Made by a program: the position numbers and the translations under genes
Notes under the pieces: model-generated
The model's input: the letters and a program-made list of their open reading frames with translations, nothing else
What the model was told of the DNA's origin: nothing
The model's database searches: none
NCBI GenBank assembly: GCA_964234715.1
Contig: OZ174275.1
Length of the DNA stretch: 64,000 nt
Source of the DNA: Podarcis melisellensis
Lineage: Eukaryota
Strand: one strand, 5' to 3'
In this document: positions 51,171-64,000 of the stretch, in pieces
Position numbering within the stretch: position 1 is the first letter of the stretch
Layout of the letters: each line of letters begins with the position of its first letter

Positions 51171-54100
51171 TACCGCAATGCAATAAATCAGTGTGGCTCA
51201 AGCAAGTAGGAGCTCTGTGAATCTATCTGTGTGCATGTGTGAGTGTCACTACAGCAGGATAGAAAACAGAAGCCGGAACCACTTAAAATCAAAAATTCAC
51301 TCAAGCCAGCAAGGCCGGCAGATTTCCACTACAGCGGTGGGAAACGCAAACACCTATTTAAGGCTCAGGTATGAAAATACTCCTCCGGATTAATAAACTG
51401 AGTAAAATCAACAGATTCCTTCCTGATCCCCGTATTGTTATGAACCAAGATGTATTCAAAAATCTCTAACTCATGAATATATTTTCCATATTACAGCTTG
51501 GATATAAAGTGTTGCTGTTCCAGTGAAAGGAGCAGAGGAAGGGAACCTCTTTGGTCACGAAAGGATTGTTTTTGACGGAGCAGATAAGCATTCCATTAGA
51601 AAGATGACACCCCCCCCCAAAAAAAGGTAGGAACATAGGAAGCTGCCTTATACAATGTGCAACCATGGGCCCATCTAGCCTAACCTAGTCTACGACTGGC
51701 AGTCATTATCCAGGATTTCAGAGAAGGGATATTCCCAGCCTCACCTGCAAGGAAATTGCACCTGGAACGTTCTACAGGCCAAGCAAATGCTCCACCACCG
51801 AGCTACAACAATTTGCTCTTCAGTCTGTTTTCGCAAGCTCTTTTGCCCCGTATCTTATTTTATTTATATCCTGCCTCTTCTCCCAGTGCAGGACCCAAGG
51901 CGGCACACCACATTAATTAAAGCAGGTACAGCTAGAACACATGCAATAAATATTTTTTAAAAGCAAATAAATGAGCAGCCCTATTGAAAACAGCACTGGA
52001 GACGCTTAATGCCATTCTAAAGCACACATAAAAGTACAAGAGCCTCCCTCAGAAGGCCCTGCCACAACAGCCAGGTAGCAGGCAAAGGTCTGTCAGGACA
52101 AAAATCTTTGTATTTGCCTTATTTACCATGTTTCATAAGTAATCCTCTCTCCACCTTGCAATCCCTGTATAGGCTGTGTTTCTGAGCTATGAGACATCTT
52201 CCACTAACACACACTTGTGCATGAGTTAGTGTTTATTATTATTATTTAGTTGCTTTCCTCTCAAAAGTGTACCAAAGCAACTTACAAAAACAGGTTGGCA
52301 CTAACAACTGTTGCTCTTTCAAGCCCCAGGTCCTTCAGAGTTTAGGGCAGTTGGCCCTTGCTTACTTCCAGAGCATACAGCACCACAGTCACCCTGCTCA
52401 TAACAACCAGTAGGTAAGTCCATCCGTCCTACTGCAAGAGGCAGCCTCTGGTCTCCCTCCAGCCTTTCCCCTGAGGTTTTTAAGTCGTGTGGGAGCTTGC
52501 AGCCTCTTATCAGCCTTACCTGTTTGCACCTGCAGCAATCCCAGATGATTATCGGTCAGTCAGTCTTGTAGCTTCTTCCCAACAAAGCGATTTCAACCAA
52601 ACATGTTCTACAATGCAACAGACTGCTTTGGAAGGTAGATGGAATATCCTTCATTACTGGACAACTGCTTATCAGGGATGCTGTGGAATAGTTAATTTCC
52701 TGCCTCAGCAGGGGTTGGGCTAGATGACTTTTGAGGTCCCTTGCACCTGTGTTTCTATGATTTCCAGCATGATCTGATGGTGGATAATGCAGTTCTGCTG
52801 AGGAAGCTAAACAGGACTGCTCCTGTTAAGAGGCCTGGGTGAATCAGTCATCTCAGACCCATTACATTATAAATTTAATAATAATCAAGTGGTGTCTATA
52901 AAGATTATAAATATAATAAGCATTGTTGGACTGAACCAGTCTGGCTTTGCTTCTTGGCTAATCGTTTTTATATTTCCCATAGAACCATTCCTTTCATTTC
53001 TGATGTTCATGGTTGTGAGCGCTGTTGCTTTTGCAGCCAAAACAGACCTACTCACACAGAATAGGGAGGTATCAGCAGCCTGTAGAGTCTGTAGATTTAT
53101 AAACAAACAAACAAACAAACAAACAAACTGGAAATTAACTCCCAAGGAGAAAAGCAAAACCAAAAACTCTCCCGAAATGGCCCAATGAGGACTGAGCATG
53201 TTGCCTGTTGTTTAAGGATAGAAAACCAAGTCTTTCTTGTTGCAGTTCTTGTTCTGCTTAATATCAATTTCTGCATGGTCTGATGCTTAAAAAGATCGAG
53301 CGATTGCCAGACTGGAATCCCTATCATTTGTGATCAGTATGCATCAGTAACATTTACAGTACTTGATGATTGCAAAGGAGTCATTGTTTGGAGTAGCAGC
53401 TGCTCTGAGACACAGGAGTGCATTTTCACCCATCACCTCACCTACAGGGGCAACTGATGCCACCACAAGGGCGTGTTATGAGAAGGGGCTGTAGCTATCT
53501 TCACTAACACCAATCTTGTTTTTCTGTTCCTCCTGGAATGGAATGCTCCGAATACTTTCAATGCTCTGTGTACCTCAAAGGGAGAGACCGCCATTTAATT
53601 CTGCCCACAGCATTGGCAAAGTCTTTAAACCTTTTCAGAAGCATCCCCTTGAAGGACAGAAGCAGGACAAAAAATATACAGCCATGCAGAAGCTTTAGCT
53701 ACAGCGCGCTATTATATTGCAGCAGAGAACTGGCAGAACTTGCTACGCCACAGCTTGCTGCCTGGGAGTGTTTGTTTGGCATGCCGGCTGTGCGCAATAA
53801 GCAAAGGCATGCAGCCTAGTAAGCCATGATCTGCTGCTTCCTAAAGTGCATACCTATTTGGAAATACGACACATTTACCGTATTGTCTGTCTAACCACCA
53901 ATATGGGCTGCAGATCCCTTAAATGCTGCTGCAGACCCGAAACCAAGAGGTCCTAAAACCAAATCCACTGAGCAGCTGTGAGTAAGCCAGTTATCTGGGA
54001 CAGCAATAGTGGCTTCAATTAGGAGTTGCTATAAAGCAGCGGTGGAGGACCTGTGGCTCTCCAGATATTGTTGAGACCACAACTTTCATAATCCCTGAGC

Positions 54101-54623
54101 ACTGGTCAGAGCTCATGAGTCCCAACAACAGCTGGGGAGACCTGAGGTCTTGTTGAGACAAGGAAGCATTCACCTGGTTCTTCATGTCTCTTTTGATTCC
54201 TGGTCTTTAGGAACTAGGATTCTACAGAGCTGCAGGAACCAGAGACGACTGTGTAGCATAGTTCCCCATTGAGGATTTGATGCTCAGATGCTGGCTTCTT
54301 CTAGTGAGAAGCATCATCTAGAGAACCTTCCCTGTCCTTCACACTCTTTACTCACAACGTCCCCTATCTCCCCCAGTACACACACATCTTCTGCATAAGC
54401 GTAGCCTAGATAATGCAGGAGAACAGAAGTTTTATGCTATACATATTCTAGTGTGTGTTTTTTTCCTTCCTACTGGTATTGCCAGTATTGCTATTGAACC
54501 CAACTCTCAAGTTCTGCAGAAACAAGCTTTAAAAAGTAGCAGTAGCTGAACGGGACATGCAGTGCTCGGGGTTTCAGTTCTCCATCTCTTTCTGCCTTCC
54601 CAGGATTAGAAGTAGAAGACAAG

Positions 54624-54832
54624 ACTGTGTGGCATAGCGGTTACGATGTCAGACTAGGGGCCTGGGAGACCAGGGTTCAAATCCCCACTTGGGAGTGATG
54701 TTAGCAGGGTGAGGCCAATCATTCACTTAGCCTAACCTACCTCACAGGGTTGTTGTGAAGAGAAAATGGGGAACCACGTACACCACTTTTAGCTCCTTGG
54801 AGAAAAGGGGTAAACGTAATAAATAAATAAAA
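54624..54832 (+). mobile_element. Older Squam3-type SINE
   Basis: gtggcatagcggttacg...gggttcaaatcccc...agcctaacctacctcacagggttgttgtg; (TAAA)n tail. Confidence 0.7.
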
Positions 54833-55132
54833 TGAGGAAGAAATCCTGAGTTCAGCTTCTTTTTTGTTTGAGGTCCTTCAGTGTGTAATTTGGATCTCTC
54901 TCTTGAAACAATACTGCATGTAAGGAAATTTGTATTTAAAAATTGCTCCTACCACATTTGTTGGACTCCCATGTTGAAAGCTGTTCTGCCTGTTCCCCAT
55001 TTCCACCCTCACCCAAATTCTTAATCATGCTTGATAACTTGCTTCCATGCATCTCCCAACAGGATGAGTGGTTAGTAATTTTTCATTTTATTTTTATTTT
55101 TGTGTGTGGAGGCGGGACACCCTCAAAAATGC

Positions 55133-55134
<2 letters not shown>

Positions 55135-55170
<36 letters not shown>
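55135..55170. repeat. (TA)n microsatellite, left flank of the palindrome
   Basis: Seen directly. Confidence 0.95.
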
Positions 55171-55173
<3 letters not shown>

Positions 55174-55218
55174 GGTTTTGGTGTCCTCGGGTGTCTTCCC
55201 GTGTAAAAGTTGGGGTGT

Positions 55219-55263
55219 CTAGGCGACGTTTCGACGAGGTCTCACTCGTCATCTTCAGGCTGG
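55219..55263 (-). ncRNA. Mirror copy of the hammerhead motif, same strand as CALM1
   Basis: Exact reverse complement of the plus-strand motif; core runs 55258 down to 55225. Confidence 0.75.
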
Positions 55264-55315
55264 TGCTTTCGGCTTCTTGTTACTGCTCTGTTCCAGTAAC
55301 AAGAAGCCGAAAGCA

Positions 55316-55360
55316 CCAGCCTGAAGATGACGAGTGAGACCTCGTCGAAACGTCGCCTAG
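55316..55360 (+). ncRNA. Minimal type I hammerhead ribozyme motif
   Basis: CTGAAGA (55321-55327), extra T, stem II GACGAG/CTCGTC with loop TGAGAC, GAAA (55347-55350), then CGTC (palindromic ACGT helix III, GUC cleavage triplet ending 55354). Stem I is short (2 clean bp). Confidence 0.75.
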
Positions 55361-55436
55361 ACACCCCAACTTTTACACGGGAAGACACCCGAGGACACCA
55401 AAACCTGCATTCCTGTACCCGTGAAAATCTACGAAA

Positions 55437-55438
<2 letters not shown>

Positions 55439-55482
<44 letters not shown>
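55439..55482. repeat. (TA)n microsatellite, right flank of the palindrome
   Basis: Seen directly. Confidence 0.95.
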
Positions 55483-55485
<3 letters not shown>

Positions 55486-55917
55486 AGCATTCCAGCTAAA
55501 CAGACGACAGGAGAAAAAACAGTGCCATTTCCCTGCAGACTACAGAACGCTGAGTTAGAATCAAGCCAGTTTTGTGAGCCACTGAATTAAGATTGTCATA
55601 AATATGAAAGGCAAGCACAAGTTCATTTATTTATAGCAAAGGTCTTGGGTTACAAGAGGTCAGTTCTTGCCATCTTGAAGAAACGTTAAACGGGTTAAGT
55701 TATTGCATACATGTGCATTATAATTTAGCAGCAAGTCATTCACAGAACACATTTATTTCCCCTTCCTACTGCCTTCTTTATTTAAATTTTTTGGTTTCGT
55801 CTCTCAAATTGTATATATATATATTTATGTATTTATTTATATATATATATGTACGTATATAGATATATAGTTTCGGCTTTTACGAAGCATGTAACACCAC
55901 CTTTAAGTTAATGGTCT

Positions 55918-55923
55918 TTTATT
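55918..55923 (-). terminator. Proximal polyadenylation signal AATAAA of CALM1
   Basis: Minus-strand context ttccAATAAAagaccattaacttaaaggtggtgtt, with a GU-rich element downstream; same context as recalled for mammalian CALM1. Confidence 0.85.
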
Positions 55924-56062
55924 GGAAAAAAAGACTAGCATTTACAACTTGGAATGGACATAACTGTAATATCTTGAACAGCGATGTTGATAGTTGTGCT
56001 GAAGTCCACAGGCTACCCCGCCAGCTCCAAGTCTCATTACGGAAGGTTTTTTAAAAATGCAA

Positions 56063-56077
56063 AAGAGAGAAAGAGAG

Positions 56078-56138
<61 letters not shown>

Positions 56139-56144
56139 GAGAGA
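56063..56144. repeat. (GA)n microsatellite inside the CALM1 3'UTR ((UC)n in the mRNA)
   Basis: Seen directly. Confidence 0.95.
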
Positions 56145-56952
56145 GTGTGTTGTGTGTCCAAAAAAATGCTCCCGCCCCTTGATGGAGGTTCTCTTTTTTT
56201 TTAAATAAAAAATAAAAGTTTTGTGAACGGTAACAGCCCAACACCCGTTTCACAATAGTGCAATGCAGACAATATTAAAACCAATGTTAACACAGACATG
56301 CCACCCATAACCTCCGCTGCATTTGGGGGTGGGGGGGGGGGAGGGACACTGCTTCTACATACAGGATAATCTTTTCCACCTTGGGGGGGGGGGTTCCTTC
56401 TAAACGTTTTGCATCCTTCAACTATTTTTGCTGCATACCATCCTGAGGTATAGACCAATTTGAAAATAAACCAGCTATGACAATTTTATAACTGCAAATT
56501 GAGCTAGAATCCACTTTTGACAAAAGAGTGGATGATTTTTTTTTTTTAAAGATTTGGTGTTTTTTTCCCTCTCTTTTTTTTTAAAACTGTTTTAATACAA
56601 ACGTCTGACTGTGCTCAATTGTCAAGCTGCATGCATGAAAAACTGGCCAGCCCAAACAGTGTAATAGTCATTAGCAAATGGAACTTTGAGGAGTTCACTA
56701 AGTGCTTTCTTATTTTTAAAAGGTAGTACAATTATTTATATTGGAAAAAACTGATAAGTTTAACTCGATCTTTTTTGGGAACAGGACCACCAACCATTAC
56801 ATGCAGTTTGTGGACAGAAGGTATTTTGACATTCAGTTTTGCTATACAGAAACAGAATGAATAAATGAACATTATTATTTTTTTTGCAAGAGGTAAGTAA
56901 AAGATTCAATTTGATTCTTCTAGAGGAAAAAAAAAGGTGAAAGGAAGTCTCT

Positions 56953-56981
56953 TCATTTTGCAGTCATCATCTGTACGAATT
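56953..56981 (-). CDS. CALM1: Calmodulin exon 6 coding part ((E)FVQMMTAK-stop)
   Basis: ctttcag|AA TTC GTA CAG ATG ATG ACT GCA AAA TGA. The spliced exons give the invariant vertebrate calmodulin sequence from residue 12 onward. Confidence 0.97.
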
Positions 56982-57109
56982 CTGAAAGAGACAAAAGAAA
57001 TCCCACTACTTTTAATGCATTTTGAAAGCAAGTACTATAAATAGCTTTTGGCAAACACTGAAATTATGGGACAAGCAAGGAAAGTAGCAACCTACAGCTT
57101 CTAGTAGGG

Positions 57110-57245
57110 CAGGGTTTCCCAAATCTGGGTCTCTAGCTGTTGCTGGACTACAACTCCCATCATCCTTAGCTAGCGGGACCAGTGGTCAGGGATGATGGGA
57201 ATTGTAGTCCAAACTGATCTGGAGACCCAGGTTTGAGAAACACTG
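57110..57245. mobile_element. Palindromic hAT MITE in CALM1 intron 5
   Basis: cagggtttcccaaatctgggtctc...gagacccaggtttgagaaacactg fold-back. Confidence 0.75.
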
Positions 57246-57409
57246 TTCTAGGGCATCGATGGGGAATCACTGGTCCTCCAGCTATTGCTTGTCCACAACT
57301 TCCCTCACCTCCAACTTGCCATGCTGGCTAAGGTAGACAAGAGTTGACATCCCACAACATCTGGAAGGCCCTGTGTTCCTTATGCCTGCACAATGCTAAT
57401 AAATAGCTA

Positions 57410-57667
<258 letters not shown>

Positions 57668-59415
57668 CTATATCGTAGGTGGGATGGACATACAGCCTGA
57701 CCTGCCTATGCTTTAGGGCAAGAATTTGATGGCTTGTGCATGTGTTGTGCATGCAAGTTCCACTTTGATTGCCCTTATTCCTAAGTAAGGTTTGCCCACT
57801 TAAGGTTGCACAGCTAGAGAGCAATGCAATTCTACCTTCTAAAATGATAGCCTGAGAAGAGGTAAATGGTGATTATGATTATTACTCCTACTCCTACTAC
57901 ATTCCTATCCCACTTTTCATCCAAGGAACTAAGCAACTGAAGTCTGACTCAACAGGCTGCAGTCCTCAAGCCGCTTATTTTTGTTACCTTGGTGGAACAG
58001 TTCTTTAGGAAACAAGATTTAACATCAATGATTCTGTCCACAACCTCTATGCCTGCCTTATGGAGCTATCTCTAGTATGGAACCACTTAAGAAATGTCAA
58101 GAAAGCCCTTGAATAATCATTTAACAAAACTCTTTGATGCAAGGGAAGCTGCTGGGATTATTGTTTTGCTTCATTTGGTGGGAGGTTCCCACTCCCCACT
58201 CCAAACTACAGGCAAGTCCGATAACTAGTAAAAGCTGGGAGCAGTGAAATATTTCCCACAACTCCCATTCACAGGGAACAAATCAAGAGTGTGACAGAAT
58301 AAGATCATGGAAGCAAATAACCCTGAAAGTATTGGGGTCACATCCCAATTTGGCTCACACAATCAGCTTCAGGATATTCACAAAGACTTAATATTTTTCT
58401 TTTTGAATGTCAGCCACAAGCCAATGGCATCACTAACCACTTTTGAAATCCCCTGAACTTGTTTTTAAAACAGGATTCATGTAGCATGGTAAACTGCTAT
58501 TTAAAAAAAAAAAACATGATCCAGAAGTCCTGCTGGGTATATATGGCACTAATCATGTAGTTCCTCAGATTTTTGCCCTCTATTTAGCAGGACATTTTAT
58601 TTAAGCCAGAACCCTGTAATTGATGATATCTGGTATACCAACAATACAAAGAAGTCCAGAGTGTTGGGTTTTTTAAAAAAAATTACTAAAAAATCGGGGC
58701 AAATTTGCATTGTTAAGTCAACGGCCTATTTCAGACGTGATTTGGGAAGAGCCTTTAATACATCGATACAGGGGAATTTGCTCCAGGACTGGCACTACAT
58801 GCAGTGGGGACCAGATGTTCAAATTTAGGCCAGGGAGACCAGGCCTCAGTTGTTTACATAGCCACAACCCTCCACGGGGCATCCATGGGGAAATTACCCC
58901 CTCTCAAAGTAACCTCATTCAATGGGATAAATACTGACACAACATGCTTTCCTCTTCCCTTACTTAGAATTCAGCTGAGTCTAAGGGGAAGAGTCATTTC
59001 ACACATTACAGAGCAACAAACCGAACAATTTGCCACAGAGCGTGTGCTCATGAAACATCAGCCAACCCTGGTGGTCTGACATTTGTCACGTTCTATATTT
59101 TTGTAGATGCCCATCTCAAAATGGTTGTGTGAAGATGTCCTCCTTCAAGCTCTCCAGAATGCCTTTTGCCCTTGCAGTTGCCCTTGTCTGTAATGAGTTT
59201 GGTACACAGTCATTTTATCGTTCCCCAAAAAAGCTGGCTTGGTAAATTACACCAAGTAAGTGGCCCTGTAGAAATTTGATTATGGCCTTCTACATAAAAA
59301 GCCATTGATGTATACTGAACCTCATAAGGGTCTCTCTCTCTCTGTGTGTGTGTGTGTGTGTGTCTCTCTCTGTGTGTATTTTTCAACTGCATTCAGCAAC
59401 TGAGAAAACTCCTTA

Positions 59416-59628
<213 letters not shown>

Positions 59629-59898
59629 TTATAGCAAAACTTATTTTAAAAAACTTTATTAAAAAATGGCAAACACACTCCTTTTCCTTTTATGACAACA
59701 GAGTTTGCTTTCAAAGTTAACAAATCTCAACTTGTTTACCAGGAACAGGGGTGGGGAACATTTTTTCAGCCTGAACACAACATTCCTTATTGCGCAGTCT
59801 TCCAGTGAGCCATGGACCAGAATAGGGTAAGGCCAGAAGCAAAAGTGGGCAGAGCAATGGATGTTCATTTTACCTCTGTACCAAAGGCCTGTTGTCTG

Positions 59899-59934
<36 letters not shown>

Positions 59935-61123
59935 CCCTCTCTATCTTTCATCCAGGAAAGCAAGCAGAATTATCAGAGTCCAAGGACCCATTCTAACTAG
60001 GCAAAAGCACTCAAGGAGGGTGCAAAGAGGGTGCGCCCTGGAGAGAAGGGGCGGGACTAGGGAGAGACTTGAGGGACAGACAAAAAGATCTAGAGAACTG
60101 CACTCAGCCCCTGGTCCTGAGGCTCCACATCCCTGTCCTAAAAGCATGGTTGTTCTGTTAATATATGTGAATGAGACCAGCCTAACTTGATTTAGCATCC
60201 TTTGCAGTTGGTTCACCATCCAAGAGGATTCTTCTCTGGACTGCCATTACAACCCGAAACTCCAGCAAACTTGGAGCTACTCTTAATTCTTCTCATTGTA
60301 TCACTACTGCGGGTCAAGTTGGTAGCTGGTGTATTCAATATACAGACACTACTTAGAAGTGCTGTGAGGGCTTTACAGCTTACCGTGTCCGTTGAAAGAC
60401 CAGGTATTGAACTAGACATGTAAGAAGCTGGGCATCTCCAAAAGGACTCTTTAAGATTGTTTAAGAGGTGTTACAATGCATTTTGAATTGAGCTACTGTT
60501 TGGAGAATACAATGCCAACAAATAAACTCTCTAGCGCTGTCACCTCCTGCCCACTAGGGGCACTCCTATAAGCTCCAATCAGTTTTAGAGTCAGAAGCGA
60601 TAGCTTCCATCTCTACTATTAAAATCTTGCATTCAGATCCTGCTTCCAGGTTTCCCACAGGCATCTGGTTGGCAACAGTGAGAAGAGAATGCAGGACTAG
60701 ATGGGCCAATGGCCTCACCAAGCAGGCTCTCATGATGTTCAACAGAACACAGAAGCGGGCAACAATTCTATTGCCAACCCTCAGAAATAGGTACATGTTC
60801 TTTGGTTGACCTTAAAAAGGGGCAATACTGTGACCATTTCGCTTAGCACCTGAACTTAACACGCTCCATGCTTTCAACAGCAATTTGCTGAACAGGCCCA
60901 CAAAATCCCAAGAAATTCCCTCAAATTAAGCTCTACTCTTTTTAGTAGAATTGATGCCAACTGAACCATTTCTTAAATAATGGTTGTTGTTGAATCTCAT
61001 TGGGGATAAGATGTGTTAGTCAAATGTTAGGAATGGATAATCTGTTTATGGTGTCGATAGCAGGACAAAAAACCTCTTTAAAAATAAACTTTAAAATACA
61101 GTATGTGTAACACCAGCAGAATG

Positions 61124-61170
<47 letters not shown>

Positions 61171-61276
61171 CAATATACATATCAGTTATAATACTTGGAA
61201 CTGGAGTTGCTAACATATACTCTTGGGCATCATGTCACCCTCACACACCTTCACTGCTACCCACAAGGGATATCCT

Positions 61277-61418
61277 GAGGGATAGCTCAGTTGTAAAGAG
61301 CATGAGACTCATCTCAGGGTCATGGGTTTGAGCCCCACGTTGAGTGAAATATTCCTGGACTGCTGAGGGTTGGACTAGATGATCCTCGTGGTCCCTTCCA
61401 ACTCTAGAATTCTGTGAT
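61277..61418 (+). mobile_element. tRNA-Lys-like SINE with CR1 tail in CALM1 intron 3
   Basis: Same family as 43482-43626. Confidence 0.72.
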
Positions 61419-63321
61419 ACCCCTCCAGCATTATTGTTTTATTAGTTGGAAGTAGCAGGGGAGGAACTGCCTGCTTTTTGCCGCTGGAGGGGTATAACTG
61501 TATTGCAACAAGGTTCTGAATGCAGCCAGTTTTTCTCCTGTGAAATGGGTATTTGTGGTGCGCATTAACAGTCTTAGATTTTCCAGGCGGGCCCCTGGCC
61601 CAGGAAGGTTGGGGACCCGTGATTAAGAACATACGAGACATTAGCACATAATAAGGCATCTGGGATCACCTCCAATTAGCCTCTGTGATACCATCTGGGA
61701 TCTTAGTCACTAAGTTCTTGCACAACACCCATGTGGTTTCAACATGGACTTGTTCAGGAGGAATTTTTCATATATTTTTGGTTCCCCTCCTTCCAGGCGT
61801 TTCTTTTTAGGAGGCTGAGACTAGAGGATCATAGAGTAGGTGCCAGGAAGCTGGATGGCTCTTCAAATCATAAGCATTGGAAGGGACATCAAAGGGAGTC
61901 TATGGTCTACAGCATTCCTCATAGGTAGTCATCCAGCCTCTGCTTAAAAAACTATTAGGAAAGGAGAGCCTGCCCCACTGTCAATCAACTCATCCCGTTG
62001 GATGTAGAGAACACAGGCTGAAGAAAGAGCTGTGAGAGGAAGGGGGCTCTTTTCCCATTATTTGGATCCCTTGGGAAACTGAACAAACCTGCTGCACCTG
62101 AACTGAGCGTGAAGAGTGCAGCTGAATGGGACATAGCTGCGGGCAGCCTGAGGAAGTACCATCCACCTTGGGCCTGCCCATAAAATGCAAATCTAGAGTG
62201 AGAGACCAGGATGGTGCCTGCTGTTTCTAGGAACTCTTCTCATTGTGAGACTTTTGTGGGTGAGCTGAGAGTTTGTTTGGGCCTTGGGTGAGAATTCGAA
62301 AGCTGAGAGGGAAGGTATGTCAGAAGGAGAATGAGTTGATTTATATATATTAGTAACTTTATATTAATGTAACATTTTATATGAAACTGCATGCTTTTGT
62401 AATATTTTGTTTTAAATTTTCTGTTATTGCTTTAGTTTTTTCTACACCACTTAAAGAGATATTCTTAATATATTAAGTGGTATAGAAATTAAATAATAAC
62501 ATTGGGAAGTTATTCTTGCCATCTGAATTCACAGGTTCAGTTCCAAACTTCTGGAGCAGCAAGAAACAAATTTGTTTCATCATTCATTTCTTCCTTTACT
62601 CTAGATGAGGGGTGCCCAAACTTTTTTCAAAAGAGGGCCAGATTTGATGAAGTGAACATGTGTGAGAGCCAAAGTTGTTGAGCTTTTTTTACAAAGGATT
62701 TGACCCCCAATAAATAAACTGCCATAGAGGCCGGAGAAAGCCAGCCAGGGACGTGCCTGCTCTAGACCTTTGGCCCTCCCAATTTTGGCTGGACTGCAAC
62801 TCCGATCATCCCTGGCAATTGGAGTCAAGCAACATATGGAGAAGCACAGGTTAACCACCACCCCCTGCTTTGGACTAAACAAATTCAACTCATTCCACCT
62901 TTCCTCACAGAACTTCTTATCCTGATGGATCAGGCCAATGGCCCATTTAGTTCAGCATCCTATTCTCACAGTAGCCAACCAAAACTTCCTCTCCAGGAAA
63001 CTCACCAACTTTTTGTCACTCTCCTCCAGGTAAATTATATTTACTATATATCCTTCTTAAACTGCAGGACCAAGAACTAGACGCAGAATTCTGGATGAGG
63101 TCTGACCAAAGAAGAATAGAGGAGTACTAATATGTCACCTGATCTGGACAGTACCAAGAAAAGTAACGGTACCACTATATTTTACTTTGAGCCAACCTAA
63201 AAAGAGAGAAATTCCCAGTGGACATATATATATATCCATATACCTGTTCACCTAAAATGCCACCATGATTTATGTATGAATAACCATTTATTAAGTCATG
63301 GCTGTACTTATCAGGAGCTTA

Positions 63322-63795
<474 letters not shown>

Positions 63796-64000
63796 TTACT
63801 TGGAAGTATCAATTTGCTTGTCCTAGGGATGCTGTTTGTTGTTGGGAGTAAATGAGAGCCAACGTGGGTTGTAGCCTGTCCCAACATGGCAGCCTCCAGA
63901 GGTTTTGCAATACAATTCCAATCAGACAGCATGGCCAATGATGATGGTAGTCCAAAAAAAGGAGGGCACCAGACTGGGGTTTCAAAAACCCCACACAGCC

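Larger units (their letters stand above)
55169..55438. mobile_element. Penelope-like element end: inverted pseudo-LTR pair plus 28-nt tail, inserted in (TA)n
   Basis: Perfect 117-bp inverted repeat 55169-55285 / 55294-55410 with an 8-nt spacer. Hammerhead core in each arm. Unpaired extension 55411-55438. (TA)n on both flanks. Confidence 0.8.
55895..56952 (-). other. CALM1: CALM1 proximal 3'UTR (~1.05 kb)
   Basis: Blocks such as ctctagaagaatcaaattgaatcttttacttacctcttgc, ctgtttgggctggccagttttcatgcatgcagcttgac and gtccattccaagttgtaaatgctagtc match my recollection of the mammalian CALM1 (not CALM2/3) 3'UTR. The 3' end is approximate. Confidence 0.88.

Noticed and set aside
1-52800. Exons of the expected downstream neighbour (TTC7B in mammals) or any other host gene
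   Set aside because: No ORF or exon with a recognisable host protein found; short exons cannot be excluded without TBLASTN.
52889-53188. 99-aa hydrophobic ORF on plus
   Set aside because: Non-ATG start, AT-rich low-complexity DNA with an (AAAC)n run, and no recognisable homology or splice support.
55068-55590. ORFs on opposite strands sharing the peptide CRFWCPRVSSRVKVGVSRRRFDEVSLVIFRLVLSASCY
   Set aside because: A by-product of the perfect inverted repeat and the (TA)n runs; not a gene.
60550-60564. CTCF-like CCACTAGGGGCAC in CALM1 intron 3
   Set aside because: One base short of the core spacing; a single imperfect motif is not enough support.

Overview
Eukaryotic genomic DNA from a squamate reptile, most likely a lacertid lizard, judged from the Sauria/Squam SINEs, Bov-B, CR1 and L2 repeats. 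The only host protein-coding gene I can support is the 3' part of calmodulin on the minus strand: exons 3-6 at 63584-56953. The conserved 3'UTR identifies it as CALM1, with the proximal poly(A) signal at 55918-55923; exons 1-2 lie beyond the window. The remaining ~55 kb is TE-rich intergenic DNA: solo LTRs, short internally deleted L1 derivatives with TSDs, L2/CR1/RTE/Bov-B fragments, tRNA-derived SINEs, and hAT and Tc1/mariner MITEs, often nested. The most striking structure is a perfect 117-bp inverted repeat (55169-55410) set in a (TA)n tract about 0.5 kb downstream of the CALM1 poly(A) signal. Each arm carries a minimal hammerhead-ribozyme core, one per strand, and the right arm has a 28-nt unpaired tail. 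This is the architecture of a very recent Penelope-like retroelement end. All calls are by eye and recalled family knowledge; no searches were run.
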